Part shown: positions 26,489 through 35,829 of the stretch, piece after piece
Numbering within the stretch: the stretch's first letter is position 1
How the letters are laid out: every line of letters begins with the position of its first letter
IMG/VR virus record: IMGVR_UViG_3300028569_001145
Span: 40,702 to 104,701 of that record
Length of the DNA: 64,000 nt
DNA from: a virus
Strand: one strand, 5' to 3'
Notes under the pieces: model-generated
What the model saw: the letters and a program-made list of their open reading frames with translations, nothing else
Database searches by the model: none
What the model was told of the DNA's origin: nothing
Program-made: the position numbers and the translations under genes

Positions 26489-27889
26489 ATGCCACTTAAA
26501 AAAGACTTAGGACAGTGGATCACCCACTTTAAAGATTCAGACGCTCCTCAATTTAAAAGTAAGTCTGAAGAAGAACGTAAAAATATGGCTTTAGCAGCTT
26601 TTAGAAAAAAATACGGTAGCCTGAATGAAGCTTACACAGATGCTTCTAATAACGAACTAGCCTCTTTTGTAGGCGTACTTCAAAATCAAATAGGAGCTGA
26701 GAAGGACCCTAAGAAACTTGCTATGCTTAAACAGGATCTTGAAGACGTTAAAAATGAACTCAAGAAACGAAAATCTTTAAAAGAGGCTAAAGCAACTCTT
26801 TGCGGTAGATGCGGACACAAACACGTTAAAGGAACTCCTTGTCCAAGGCCTTTTAAAGAGAATCAAGAGATGGACCCTGTTGATGTTATCACGATGGATC
26901 TTCCTTTGTTCTTGAGAATGCTTGAATTTGCAAGAGAAGATGCATCTCAAGACATGGACCTACATGATGTGACTGAGAAAGCAAACATGTTAACTAAAGA
27001 GAAAGACATGTTAACAATGGAAGATTATAATGAGATTGTTAAAGCAGCAGAAGAAATTGATGAAGCTACCGACTATATGAAACGTAGAAAAGCTCAAGAT
27101 GATTATGCTACTAACAAAAAAGACAAACCTAAAAAGCTACATACTGATAACCCTTCTGGTAAAACAGATTATATGAAACGCCGTGAAGCTGATAAAAAAT
27201 CACTAGAAGAGGAACTTAGTGAAACTTTTGCCAAAGAGTTTGATGATAACCCCTCTTTAAAAGGCGGTCAGAAGAAACTACCGGATAATTTGCAGAAAGC
27301 AATCATAGACAGAGCTTCAAAGAAAATGGAAGAGATCACCGTAACTGATGATCCGGATGCTGCTGAAAAAATCACTAAGACTGGACAAGAGGTAAAACTT
27401 GTACCTAAAGGAACCATAAAAGAAGGTCGTGAATTTGACTACGAAGGTTCCATGGCCCGTACTCAACTTTATTCAATTATTAAGAATGCAAAAGCTCTTT
27501 TTGATCAAATGAGTGACGGAACTCAATTACAGGGGTGGGTACAGTCTAAATTAACTAAAGCAGAAGATTATATTGATGCTGTTAGAACTTATTTAGAAGG
27601 AGAGGCATTAACTTCAACCACTCCTTTAATGGTAGCTGAGCAATCAATCTCAGATGAAGAAGGTGCTAACCTTAGTATAGGAGACGTGGTTAAAGCTGGA
27701 GATGGAGGGATTTACCAAATAATCTACTCATACGGAGAAGGTAAACCTTTTCTAGTTGCTTTTGATTTAAAAAAGAGAAAACCAACTAACTTGAGGAATA
27801 GAGTTTACTTTGATACTGATTCTATGATTACTAAAAAATTACACAAAGTATTGCCCTTCTCTGCTACCAAAGGCGGTTTTATGAAATAA
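26489..27889 (+). CDS. modular charged protein, putative internal-head polyprotein
   Basis: Short modules separated by L/I/M-x-E sites; TDYMKRR twice; EGSMARTQL..WVQSKLTKAEDY module. Confidence 0.65.
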   Translation: MPLKKDLGQWITHFKDSDAPQFKSKSEEERKNMALAAFRKKYGSLNEAYTDASNNELASFVGVLQNQIGAEKDPKKLAMLKQDLEDVKNELKKRKSLKEAKATLCGRCGHKHVKGTPCPRPFKENQEMDPVDVITMDLPLFLRMLEFAREDASQDMDLHDVTEKANMLTKEKDMLTMEDYNEIVKAAEEIDEATDYMKRRKAQDDYATNKKDKPKKLHTDNPSGKTDYMKRREADKKSLEEELSETFAKEFDDNPSLKGGQKKLPDNLQKAIIDRASKKMEEITVTDDPDAAEKITKTGQEVKLVPKGTIKEGREFDYEGSMARTQLYSIIKNAKALFDQMSDGTQLQGWVQSKLTKAEDYIDAVRTYLEGEALTSTTPLMVAEQSISDEEGANLSIGDVVKAGDGGIYQIIYSYGEGKPFLVAFDLKKRKPTNLRNRVYFDTDSMITKKLHKVLPFSATKGGFMK

Positions 27890-27899
27890 TATTTAAAGT

Positions 27900-28388
27900 A
27901 TGAATTTAGGTAGTATTAAATCTTTAATAAGACAAAAAGTCGAGGATAAAATGAAAAACTTAGGAGTAAATAAGTACTCCGAGTTTAGGTTACTAAACAG
28001 AGTACCGGAACTAATACCTATCTTAGAGGATTTATTAACTAATAAATTTAATTACTTTGTAAAAGATGTAGAATGGGTAGCCCCTAAGCCGCCAGAATAT
28101 AGAGTACTTTTGGAAAATGGACAGTATTTTTACTTAGCAGACTATGGAAGATCTTGGGTTGCAACAGTAGAAGGTAAACGTTACTACTTACTAAACCTAG
28201 GAGAATCACAAATGGCAGTAGAAGCTGTTGCAAGGATTCTAAGATACGGTGAACCAGTTAACCCGGAAGATGTAGGGCCATTAGAGAATACAGCCGGAAC
28301 AGACATGGAAGCAGCTCTAGATCAGGAACCAGAAGCACCAGAAACAGAAGAAACCCCAGTAGGAGAAATACCGAGCGATTTATTATAA
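27900..28388 (+). CDS. hypothetical protein
   Basis: ORF track. Confidence 0.7.
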   Translation: MNLGSIKSLIRQKVEDKMKNLGVNKYSEFRLLNRVPELIPILEDLLTNKFNYFVKDVEWVAPKPPEYRVLLENGQYFYLADYGRSWVATVEGKRYYLLNLGESQMAVEAVARILRYGEPVNPEDVGPLENTAGTDMEAALDQEPEAPETEETPVGEIPSDLL

Positions 28389-28397
28389 CCTTATAAG

Positions 28398-28428
28398 TTG
28401 CTTTTTAAATAAAAAGGTTTTATATTTA
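28398..28428 (+). promoter_or_regulatory. early/middle promoter
   Basis: TTGC..TATATTTA with 23-nt offset. Confidence 0.65.
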
Positions 28429-28434
28429 GAATAC

Positions 28435-29529
28435 ATGAGTACTGAAAAAGTTATAACTTCCGAAGTTACTGATAGAATAGTTACTATCGAGAAGTTGCTA
28501 GAGATCTACAGTATCGATTTAGAGATATGGGAGATTGAAAAACAAGTAGTAAATACATGGGAGGTAGGAGCAAAAGATCCAAGCGGTCAAATTGTAACCA
28601 CTCCATTATTTCAGGTTAAATTATGGCTTAAAAAGAAACAAGCAGCAAGTGACTTAGCTCTTATTAGAAAACAATTTATCGAAGATCTAAAAGACCTAGC
28701 CCCGGCTGTTGAAAAATATAAGTATAAACATGAAGAAACTGGAGGGAAATTACTAGAAATTAATATTTTTGATTTACACTTTGGTAAAGTAGCCTGGCAT
28801 GAAGAGGTGGGAGAAAACTACAATATTGAAGTAGCAACCTCACGATTCAATAATGCTATAGATTATTTTATAGACCTACATAAAAATCATAATATAGAAA
28901 AAATCTTATTCCCAATTTCAAATGATTTTTTTAATTCTGACAGGTCTCACCCGTTTAACTCTACAACTAGCGGAACTCCTCAAGAAGAGGATACTCGTTG
29001 GCAGAATACCTTTAGAAAAGGTAGAACTCTGCTTGTAGAAGCTATTACTAGATTATCCCAATTAGCCCCTGTAGAGGTTAAAGTAATCCCGGGTAACCAT
29101 GATTATGAACGTAGCTTTTATCTAGGAGATTCTTTAGAAGGATGGTTTTACAGTAACAAAAATGTGACCATTGATAATAATGCAAGCCCAAGAAAGTACT
29201 ATAAATTCGGTAAATGTCTTATAGGACTTACACACGGTAACAATGAAAAGACAGCCGATCTACCTATGATTATGGCACAGGAAAATCCTGAGGCTTGGGC
29301 TAAGACTTTTTATAGAGAATTCCATTTAGGTCATCTACACCATAAGAGAGAAACTCAATTGAAATCAACCGCTGAATACCAGGGAGTAATCATACGCCAT
29401 ATGAGTTCCTTATCCGGAACCGATAGCTGGCATCATAAAAAAGGTTATGTAGGAGCTAGAAAATCAGCAGAAGCTTTTCTATGGGATCCTGAAACAGGGT
29501 TAATAAACCAGACTTACTTCAATATTTAA
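28435..29529 (+). CDS. calcineurin-like metallophosphoesterase
   Basis: DLHFG, NDFFN, GNHD, THG, GHLHH. Confidence 0.9.
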   Translation: MSTEKVITSEVTDRIVTIEKLLEIYSIDLEIWEIEKQVVNTWEVGAKDPSGQIVTTPLFQVKLWLKKKQAASDLALIRKQFIEDLKDLAPAVEKYKYKHEETGGKLLEINIFDLHFGKVAWHEEVGENYNIEVATSRFNNAIDYFIDLHKNHNIEKILFPISNDFFNSDRSHPFNSTTSGTPQEEDTRWQNTFRKGRTLLVEAITRLSQLAPVEVKVIPGNHDYERSFYLGDSLEGWFYSNKNVTIDNNASPRKYYKFGKCLIGLTHGNNEKTADLPMIMAQENPEAWAKTFYREFHLGHLHHKRETQLKSTAEYQGVIIRHMSSLSGTDSWHHKKGYVGARKSAEAFLWDPETGLINQTYFNI

Positions 29530-29531
29530 TA

Positions 29532-30137
29532 TTGATGAGTACTATCCTTTTAGAAGACTATTTAGACGACCTTTACAAACTAATAGAGCAAGAAGATACC
29601 GAACAGCAACCGGATCAAGCTTCTGAATTAGGTGATAAACAAGCACCGGCAGAAATAGATACCTTAACTAAGGAACAGTTGCGGTATGTCTTAAAAAATA
29701 GTAAAGGTAAAATCATGACCTTAGTCTTTAAAAAGAAAGATGGTACTATGAGGATGATTAATACCCGAACAGGGGTAACAAAAAATATTAAAGGAACAGG
29801 TCTTGCTTACGACCCGGATAAGTATGGTTATGTTATACTTTGGGATCTGCGCAAAGGAAATTATAGAACAGTTAATATAAACACTGTAACTTTGCTTAAA
29901 AGTGCAGGAAAAACCTATACTATAACTGAAACCTTAGGATGGAAGCCTTTAGTATTTAAACATGGGGGTGTTACTCTAGAAGGGGAGGCTGCTTGGAATA
30001 AGTGGAAAAGATGGGCAGATTTAAATAGAAAAGATGATTTTTTATACAAAGTCTTAGATTCTATCAAAAGGCAGGGTTATAAAGCTAGTGCAAAACAACA
30101 ACAAGTACTTGTCAACTGGTTCAATAAGAAAAGATAA
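29532..30137 (+). CDS. WYL_2/Sm-like SH3-barrel domain protein
   Basis: FKKKDGTMRMINTR..WDLRKGNYRTV. Confidence 0.7.
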   Translation: MMSTILLEDYLDDLYKLIEQEDTEQQPDQASELGDKQAPAEIDTLTKEQLRYVLKNSKGKIMTLVFKKKDGTMRMINTRTGVTKNIKGTGLAYDPDKYGYVILWDLRKGNYRTVNINTVTLLKSAGKTYTITETLGWKPLVFKHGGVTLEGEAAWNKWKRWADLNRKDDFLYKVLDSIKRQGYKASAKQQQVLVNWFNKKR

Positions 30138-30150
30138 CTATTTATAACAT

Positions 30151-30765
30151 ATGTGCAGCTGCGGATGTAATACCTGCGATACAGCAACCAGAGGACCTCT
30201 TTTGAATGAAGCTATTCAGAGGAATGGACTTATCTCAGAAGGTATGATGTATCATACAACTACCAAGACTCCTCTTTACGAAAATATTTACCGTTATGGT
30301 TCTAAAAAATATCTTGAACTTTTTAAAGAAGCTAGGTATCTGTATTCTAGAAACCTTATCGATGTAAACGAAACCGATGAAGAAATCCTAGCAGAAACAG
30401 ACCTCGGCGAGATGGCCCTGTATGAAGGACAGCAAGTACCTTTAGATTTAATCTTAGAAGAGGAAAATCTCGAAGAAGCAGATAAGAAAAAAACTCCTCA
30501 ATTGAATAAACCTAAAAGAGGCGGCTCTAAAAAGTTTTATGTCTATGTAAGAAATCCTAAAACTAAAAAAATTAAGAAAGTATCTTTCGGAGACACTTCC
30601 GGATTATCTGCCAAGATTAATAACCCTAAAGCACGTAAGGCATTTGCCGACCGTCATGATTGTAAAAATAAAAAAGATAAGACTAAGGCCGGATACTGGG
30701 CATGCAGACTTCCAAGATATGCTAAACTTTTAGGGCTTAAAGGATCTTATTCAGGCTTCTGGTAA
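30151..30765 (+). CDS. phage protein with basic C-terminal domain
   Basis: KKFYVYV..KKVSFG..AFADRHDC..AGYWAC; late motif upstream. Confidence 0.75.
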   Translation: MCSCGCNTCDTATRGPLLNEAIQRNGLISEGMMYHTTTKTPLYENIYRYGSKKYLELFKEARYLYSRNLIDVNETDEEILAETDLGEMALYEGQQVPLDLILEEENLEEADKKKTPQLNKPKRGGSKKFYVYVRNPKTKKIKKVSFGDTSGLSAKINNPKARKAFADRHDCKNKKDKTKAGYWACRLPRYAKLLGLKGSYSGFW

Positions 30766-30766
30766 T

Positions 30767-31210
30767 ATGGAAAACATTCAACTCCTTATAAGAAAAAAAT
30801 TAGAAGAACGCAGTCTTAGAGACTGGGTCAAGGAGAAGTGGGTCCGTATTGATTCTGACGGTGATATTGCCGGACCCTGTGGTACATCAAAGAACAAACA
30901 AAGACCGGATAGATGCTTACCTCAAGCAAAAGCTCAATCTTTAACTAAATCTGAAAGAGCAGCTACTGCACAGAAAAAGAAAAAAGCTTCTAGACAATTC
31001 GTTTCAAATACTAAAAAAGCAAGAGTAACTGAGATCTTACAAATACTAGAATCAGATTATTCCCCAACAAATAAGGAATTATGGTCTAGAGCAAAATCAG
31101 CTGCTAGAGCAAAATTTGATAAGTACCCATCAGCCTATGCCAACCTATGGGCTTCTAAATGGTATAAGAAAAAAGGTGGAGGTTGGAGAAAAAAGAAAAA
31201 GAAAAAATGA
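30767..31210 (+). CDS. basic two-module phage protein
   Basis: LRDWVKEKWV..CG..CLP and YPSAYANLWASKWYKKKGGGW. Confidence 0.75.
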   Translation: MENIQLLIRKKLEERSLRDWVKEKWVRIDSDGDIAGPCGTSKNKQRPDRCLPQAKAQSLTKSERAATAQKKKKASRQFVSNTKKARVTEILQILESDYSPTNKELWSRAKSAARAKFDKYPSAYANLWASKWYKKKGGGWRKKKKKK

Positions 31211-31641
31211 TTAACCTAGTAGATATATTAAGTGAAGCAGAGGTAGCTAAATGCCCTGCACCTACTCAGAACATAGAATTAAACCTTGAGAATAGACAAA
31301 AGGCAATCAATGAGTATGGATACGGTCCATTAAACCCTAATGAACCTAATGAGAAGTTCTGGCAAGCTAAAGTTGAAATGTGGAAGCTTGATTCTGCAGA
31401 AGAAGCTAAAAAATCACTTTGTGGAAACTGTGCTGCCTTTGATATTACTAAAAAGACTTTAGATTGTATTGCTAAGGGTATTGGTGATGATGAAGGTTCT
31501 GAAGATCCGTTTGATGTTATTGAGGCCGGTAAACTAGGGTATTGTAGGTTCTTGAAGTTTAAATGTGCTGCTGCTAGAACTTGTGATGCTTGGGTTGTTG
31601 GTGGGCCAATAACAGACAAAAAAAATGATAAAAAATCTTAA
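31207..31641 (+). CDS. Cys-rich protein with HiPIP-like cysteine pattern
   Basis: CGNC..GYC..FKC....TCDAW. Confidence 0.6.
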   Translation: MINLVDILSEAEVAKCPAPTQNIELNLENRQKAINEYGYGPLNPNEPNEKFWQAKVEMWKLDSAEEAKKSLCGNCAAFDITKKTLDCIAKGIGDDEGSEDPFDVIEAGKLGYCRFLKFKCAAARTCDAWVVGGPITDKKNDKKS

Positions 31642-32107
31642 AAAATGGTTTGACCATTTAATTATACCCCGAGAAGAACTTAGTAATATGCCTATCTGTC
31701 CGTTTGCAAAAACGGCTATTAGTACCGGGCAATATACCGTAGAAGAAACTACTTTAGATACAATACCCTTTCAAGCAAGTACTGCGAACGTACAAGTCTA
31801 TAAAGTCTGTATTTTTTATCTAGCTAATTATGAGGAGTATGAAATAGAAGCACTGGAAGTTAAAACTAAAATGCTTAACCGTACTTTATTACAAACCGGT
31901 AAGGTCGTTTTAGATAACGATCCTAGAAACCCGTTTGTAATAAACGGAGTAACAACCACTTTCCCGGATTGTTATTTATGGATAGTTCAAGACCTAGTAG
32001 ACTTGACTTCTAAGTCAAACAGTCTTAAATTTACAGATTATTATAAACACTGGACTCAAAAGCAAATAGATGAAGTTGTGACATGGAGAAACCTTACAGA
32101 GATATAG
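31625..32107 (+). CDS. hypothetical protein (DUF1415-like CPFA motif)
   Basis: W..LSNMPICPFAK. Confidence 0.6.
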   Translation: MIKNLKKWFDHLIIPREELSNMPICPFAKTAISTGQYTVEETTLDTIPFQASTANVQVYKVCIFYLANYEEYEIEALEVKTKMLNRTLLQTGKVVLDNDPRNPFVINGVTTTFPDCYLWIVQDLVDLTSKSNSLKFTDYYKHWTQKQIDEVVTWRNLTEI

Positions 32108-32352
32108 AAGTAGGAGAAAACTACGTTATAAGAGAGTTCAATCAGAATATCGATCCGATTGAACTTTTATGGCACCGCGACAATGAAGACCGTATGATTG
32201 AAGTATTAGAATGCGGTGAAGGTTGGGGATTTCAATTTGATGACGGACTTCCTTTTGATTTAGAGCCAAGTACATCTATATTTATACTAAGACACGATTG
32301 GCATAGAGTTATAAAAGGAACAGATAGGTTATTAATAAAGATCAGTAAATAA
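32083..32352 (+). CDS. small cupin-like protein
   Basis: WHRDNEDR..IFILRHDWHRVIKG. Confidence 0.7.
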   Translation: MEKPYRDIEVGENYVIREFNQNIDPIELLWHRDNEDRMIEVLECGEGWGFQFDDGLPFDLEPSTSIFILRHDWHRVIKGTDRLLIKISK

Positions 32353-32690
32353 TGAAAGACTTACTATACATTGTAATAGGGATAGTTGCAGGCGCTTGGA
32401 TATACTCAAAATACTTTAGTAAAAAGCCACAATCTCTACCAGACACTTCTGTTTATGAAAACAGGATAGATTCTTTACAGAAAGCTATTATAGCTGATAA
32501 AGCTAAACTTACAACTTATGATTCTATAGCAACAGCTCAAGAAACTAAGATTGCAAAATTGAATAAGAAATTACAAGATATAGCTGATGAAGCTGCTCAA
32601 CAACAAAAACAACATGAAGAAGATATTCAGCGTATTGGCGCTATGTCTAATAATGACATCGCCTCTACATTCGCAGAAAGTTTTAAATGA
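32352..32690 (+). CDS. TM plus coiled-coil protein (possible spanin subunit)
   Basis: N-terminal TM, heptad repeats, overlaps the next gene. Confidence 0.55.
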   Translation: MKDLLYIVIGIVAGAWIYSKYFSKKPQSLPDTSVYENRIDSLQKAIIADKAKLTTYDSIATAQETKIAKLNKKLQDIADEAAQQQKQHEEDIQRIGAMSNNDIASTFAESFK

Positions 32691-33018
32691 TACCTGCTGT
32701 GTACCTTGCCAGGCATTGCGCAAAGCTCTGATAATGAAATCAGAGAAAGAGTTATTAGAGAAGAAACTTAAAAATACTAGAGATACTATCAGTGTTTACT
32801 CTGAAGCTTTACTTGCTAAAGATACTATAATAACAGCACGAGATAGTTCTATTGCTGTCTATATCCGTAATGAAGGGCGTCATAATGAAATTATAAACAA
32901 TAAGGACTCTATTATTACAACATACGGGCAAGAAATACAGAATCAAAAGAACCAAAAAATAGGTGTTATTATAGCTCTAGTAATAACTATTCTAACTTGG
33001 ACATTAACTAGTTTATGA
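32614..33018 (+). CDS. secreted coiled-coil protein with C-terminal TM (possible spanin subunit)
   Basis: MKKIFSVLALCLIM signal peptide; C-terminal hydrophobic helix. Confidence 0.55.
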   Translation: MKKIFSVLALCLIMTSPLHSQKVLNDTCCVPCQALRKALIMKSEKELLEKKLKNTRDTISVYSEALLAKDTIITARDSSIAVYIRNEGRHNEIINNKDSIITTYGQEIQNQKNQKIGVIIALVITILTWTLTSL

Positions 33019-33866
33019 GTTCACCAGACTTAAAACAAATTATTCGACAGGAATATGTAAAGTGTGCTGTAGATCCGGTGCATTTTATGAAAAAATACTG
33101 CTATATCCAGCACCCACAACGTGGTAGAATCTTCTTCCAACTGTACCCATTTCAAGAAAAAGTATTAACTCACTTTCAAAATAACCCATACTCAATCGTT
33201 TTAAAATCAAGACAGTTAGGATTATCGACTCTTGCTGCTGGATATTCACTATGGTTGATGCTTTTTCATAAAGATAAGAACGTACTAACCCTAGCAACTA
33301 CTCAAGCTACTGCCCGGAACCTAGTAACAAAGGTTCAATTTATGTATGATAACCTCCCAACATGGTTAAAGATAGATGCAGTAGAGAAAAACAAATTAAG
33401 CTTAAGGTTATCTAACGGATCTAAAATTACAGCTAAATCTTCAAACTCGGATTCTGCCCGTTCAGAAGCAGTATCGTTACTACTAGTAGACGAGGCAGCC
33501 TTTATTGAAAACATTGCAGAGACATGGGCATCAGCACAACAGACACTTGCAACAGGGGGAGGAGCAATTATACTTTCAACACCGTATGGTACCGGTAACT
33601 GGTTTCACCAGACATGGGTTAAAGCCGAACAAGGAGATAATAACTTTTTACCGATCAAACTACCATGGTACGTTCACCCAGAGCGTGATCAGACTTGGAG
33701 AGATGCACAAGATGCTTTATTAGGAGATCCAAGACTTGCAGCACAGGAGTGTGATTGTTTATGGGGCCCGACTCTAGTCACTGTACAGGATATACAAACA
33801 GGAGAAGAAAAAATAATATCTTTAGAAGATTTATATTGGGAATTACAAGAATGTGACTATTTATAA
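33015..33866 (+). CDS. terL: terminase large subunit, N-terminal part fused to split-intein N fragment
   Basis: LYPFQ, KSRQLGLST (Walker A), LLVDEAAF (Walker B), STPYG; extein ends QECD. Confidence 0.95.
   Translation: MSSPDLKQIIRQEYVKCAVDPVHFMKKYCYIQHPQRGRIFFQLYPFQEKVLTHFQNNPYSIVLKSRQLGLSTLAAGYSLWLMLFHKDKNVLTLATTQATARNLVTKVQFMYDNLPTWLKIDAVEKNKLSLRLSNGSKITAKSSNSDSARSEAVSLLLVDEAAFIENIAETWASAQQTLATGGGAIILSTPYGTGNWFHQTWVKAEQGDNNFLPIKLPWYVHPERDQTWRDAQDALLGDPRLAAQECDCLWGPTLVTVQDIQTGEEKIISLEDLYWELQECDYL
33756..33863 (+). mobile_element. split intein IntN (36 aa)
   Basis: Block A CLWGPTLVTVQD..KIISLEDLY, then stop. Confidence 0.9.
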
Positions 33867-33888
33867 TAGGAAGACCTTCTTGAGCATT

Positions 33889-34635
33889 ATGAATCAAAGT
33901 CAAAGAACAAAAAAAAGCTGGGAAAAAAGAAAACAGGAAATACACGCTGCAGGAGTATACACTCGACAAGAAACCGTGGAGAAATTAATGCAGGACGGGT
34001 ATTACAAAACACTTAAAGGTAAAGCTAAAAACAGGACACTGAGTAAGGAGAATAAAAAACTGTTTAACTCAATATATAAACACACAGAGGAACTGGAGAA
34101 AACCTTTAGAGACCAGGGAGCATATAAAATTAACTACAGCTTTTACTATAGGATTTTATTTTTAGTAGAACACAACTCAAACTTAGACCAACTAAAATGT
34201 AAATGCGGTAGAAAGTATACATGGACAACCTACTGCAGGCACTGCCCAGAATACAAAAAAACATTTGCAGGTAAAAAACATACAGAAGGTACAAAGCTAA
34301 AAATGAGAATATCGGCATTAAACTACCTAGAAGAAGCTAAAGGGCAGCTGATGCCAAGGTATAATAAGCAAAGCATTCCTGTTATAGAGGCATACGGTAA
34401 AAAACACGGGTATAAATTTATGCATGCTGAAAACGGGGGAGAGTATTTTATAAGAGAGCTTGGCTATTTTTTGGATGCCTATGATCCTATTCAGAATATT
34501 GCTCTAGAAGTTGATGAGAAACATCATTTTAACAACAATGGGGAAATAAGAGAACGTGATTTAGAGAGACAAAAACAAATTGAAAACCTACTAGGGTGTA
34601 CCTTTATAAGAATAAAGCATGATAACACTTTATAA
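33889..34635 (+). CDS. free-standing homing endonuclease (NUMOD3 plus Vsr-like PD-(D/E)XK) inside fractured terL
   Basis: CKCG..CRHC, FAGKKHTEGTKLKMR, FLDAYD..IALEVDEKHH..RDLERQ; own TATTTATA at 33858. Confidence 0.85.
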   Translation: MNQSQRTKKSWEKRKQEIHAAGVYTRQETVEKLMQDGYYKTLKGKAKNRTLSKENKKLFNSIYKHTEELEKTFRDQGAYKINYSFYYRILFLVEHNSNLDQLKCKCGRKYTWTTYCRHCPEYKKTFAGKKHTEGTKLKMRISALNYLEEAKGQLMPRYNKQSIPVIEAYGKKHGYKFMHAENGGEYFIRELGYFLDAYDPIQNIALEVDEKHHFNNNGEIRERDLERQKQIENLLGCTFIRIKHDNTL

Positions 34636-34942
34636 AAACCAGAAATATAAAATAAAAACCCCGGATGGGTATCAATTTTTCGAAGGAATAAGACGAACAA
34701 CTAAGGATAAAGTTCTCATAGTTGAGTTTACAGACGGCACAAAAACAGAATGTTCGGAAGAGCATATCTTTGTAGTTGGTACGGAACAAATCCTTGCAAA
34801 AAATTTAAAACAAGGTACCAAACTTAGTTCAACAAAGGAGGTAGGCAGTGTTAGAGCCGGGGGAACTTCTAAATTTTTGTACGATCTTGTACAGGTAGGT
34901 ACAGAACATATCTACATAACAGATGGATTCGTGTCACACAAC
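34619..34942 (+). mobile_element. split intein IntC (108 aa)
   Basis: KIKTPDG, block B ECSEEHIF, block F LYDL..HIYITDG, terminal HN followed by Cys+1. Confidence 0.9.
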
Positions 34943-35782
34943 TGTGATTTTGCTACATCTGGAGATACAGTATTCTACGGGGAATACATGGAGTTCTACG
35001 AACAGACCTATATGAAAGAGCCCCTAGAGAGAAGAGGTGTAGATAGGAATTTATGGATATGGGAACCTGTAGATTACTCTAGAAGCTACATGGTTATTGC
35101 TGACGTAGCAAGAGGAGATGGTAAAGATTATTCTGCTTTCCATATATTAGATATCGAGAACAATACACAAGTAGGAGAGTATAGGGGACAATTACCCCCT
35201 AAAGAATTTGGACACCTTTTAGTAGGGGTAGCCACAGAGTACAATACAGCACTACTGGTAGTAGAAAATGCAAATATTGGATGGTCTACTATTGAAACTA
35301 TTTTAGAAAGAGCTTATTCAAACCTATACTATTCTCCAAGATCAGGTAATGTTTCTGCAGATTCTTATTTCGATCAATATGATCAGAGTTCAAACATGGT
35401 ACCTGGATTTACTATGAATTCAAGAACTAGACCGTTAGTCATTGGCAAATTTCAAGAATACTTTAATGAGAAAGCTGTGATTATACAGTCTAAACGTTTA
35501 ATGGAAGAGATGAAGGTCTTTGTTTGGAAAAATGGACGAGCAGAAGCACAAGGAGGTTATAATGATGACTTGGTGATGTCTTTCGGAACAGCTATGTATG
35601 TCAGGGATACTGCTTTAAAGTATAGACAGCAGGGATTAGACCTAACACGTAATGCCCTTAATAATATAACAGTTACAAAAGCACCGCATCAAGCCGTTTA
35701 TATGCCTACAAATTTTCAAAATCCTAATCTAATAGACAACCACAAAGGAGGTCAAGAAGATATTTCTTGGATATATAAATAA
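34619..35782 (+). CDS. terL: split-intein C fragment fused to terminase large subunit nuclease domain
   Basis: SHN|CDFATSG junction; ADVARGDGKDYS, VVENAN, NDDLVMS. Confidence 0.95.
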   Translation: MITLYKNQKYKIKTPDGYQFFEGIRRTTKDKVLIVEFTDGTKTECSEEHIFVVGTEQILAKNLKQGTKLSSTKEVGSVRAGGTSKFLYDLVQVGTEHIYITDGFVSHNCDFATSGDTVFYGEYMEFYEQTYMKEPLERRGVDRNLWIWEPVDYSRSYMVIADVARGDGKDYSAFHILDIENNTQVGEYRGQLPPKEFGHLLVGVATEYNTALLVVENANIGWSTIETILERAYSNLYYSPRSGNVSADSYFDQYDQSSNMVPGFTMNSRTRPLVIGKFQEYFNEKAVIIQSKRLMEEMKVFVWKNGRAEAQGGYNDDLVMSFGTAMYVRDTALKYRQQGLDLTRNALNNITVTKAPHQAVYMPTNFQNPNLIDNHKGGQEDISWIYK

Positions 35783-35829
35783 AAGTAACTGGCTTTCTTT
35801 CCTATTTATACTTATATTGTTGATTACAC

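Noticed and set aside
33756-34942. Frameshift, pseudogene or group I intron in terL
   Set aside because: Complete intein blocks on both sides explain the break, and the ORFs overlap tightly, leaving no room for an intron core.
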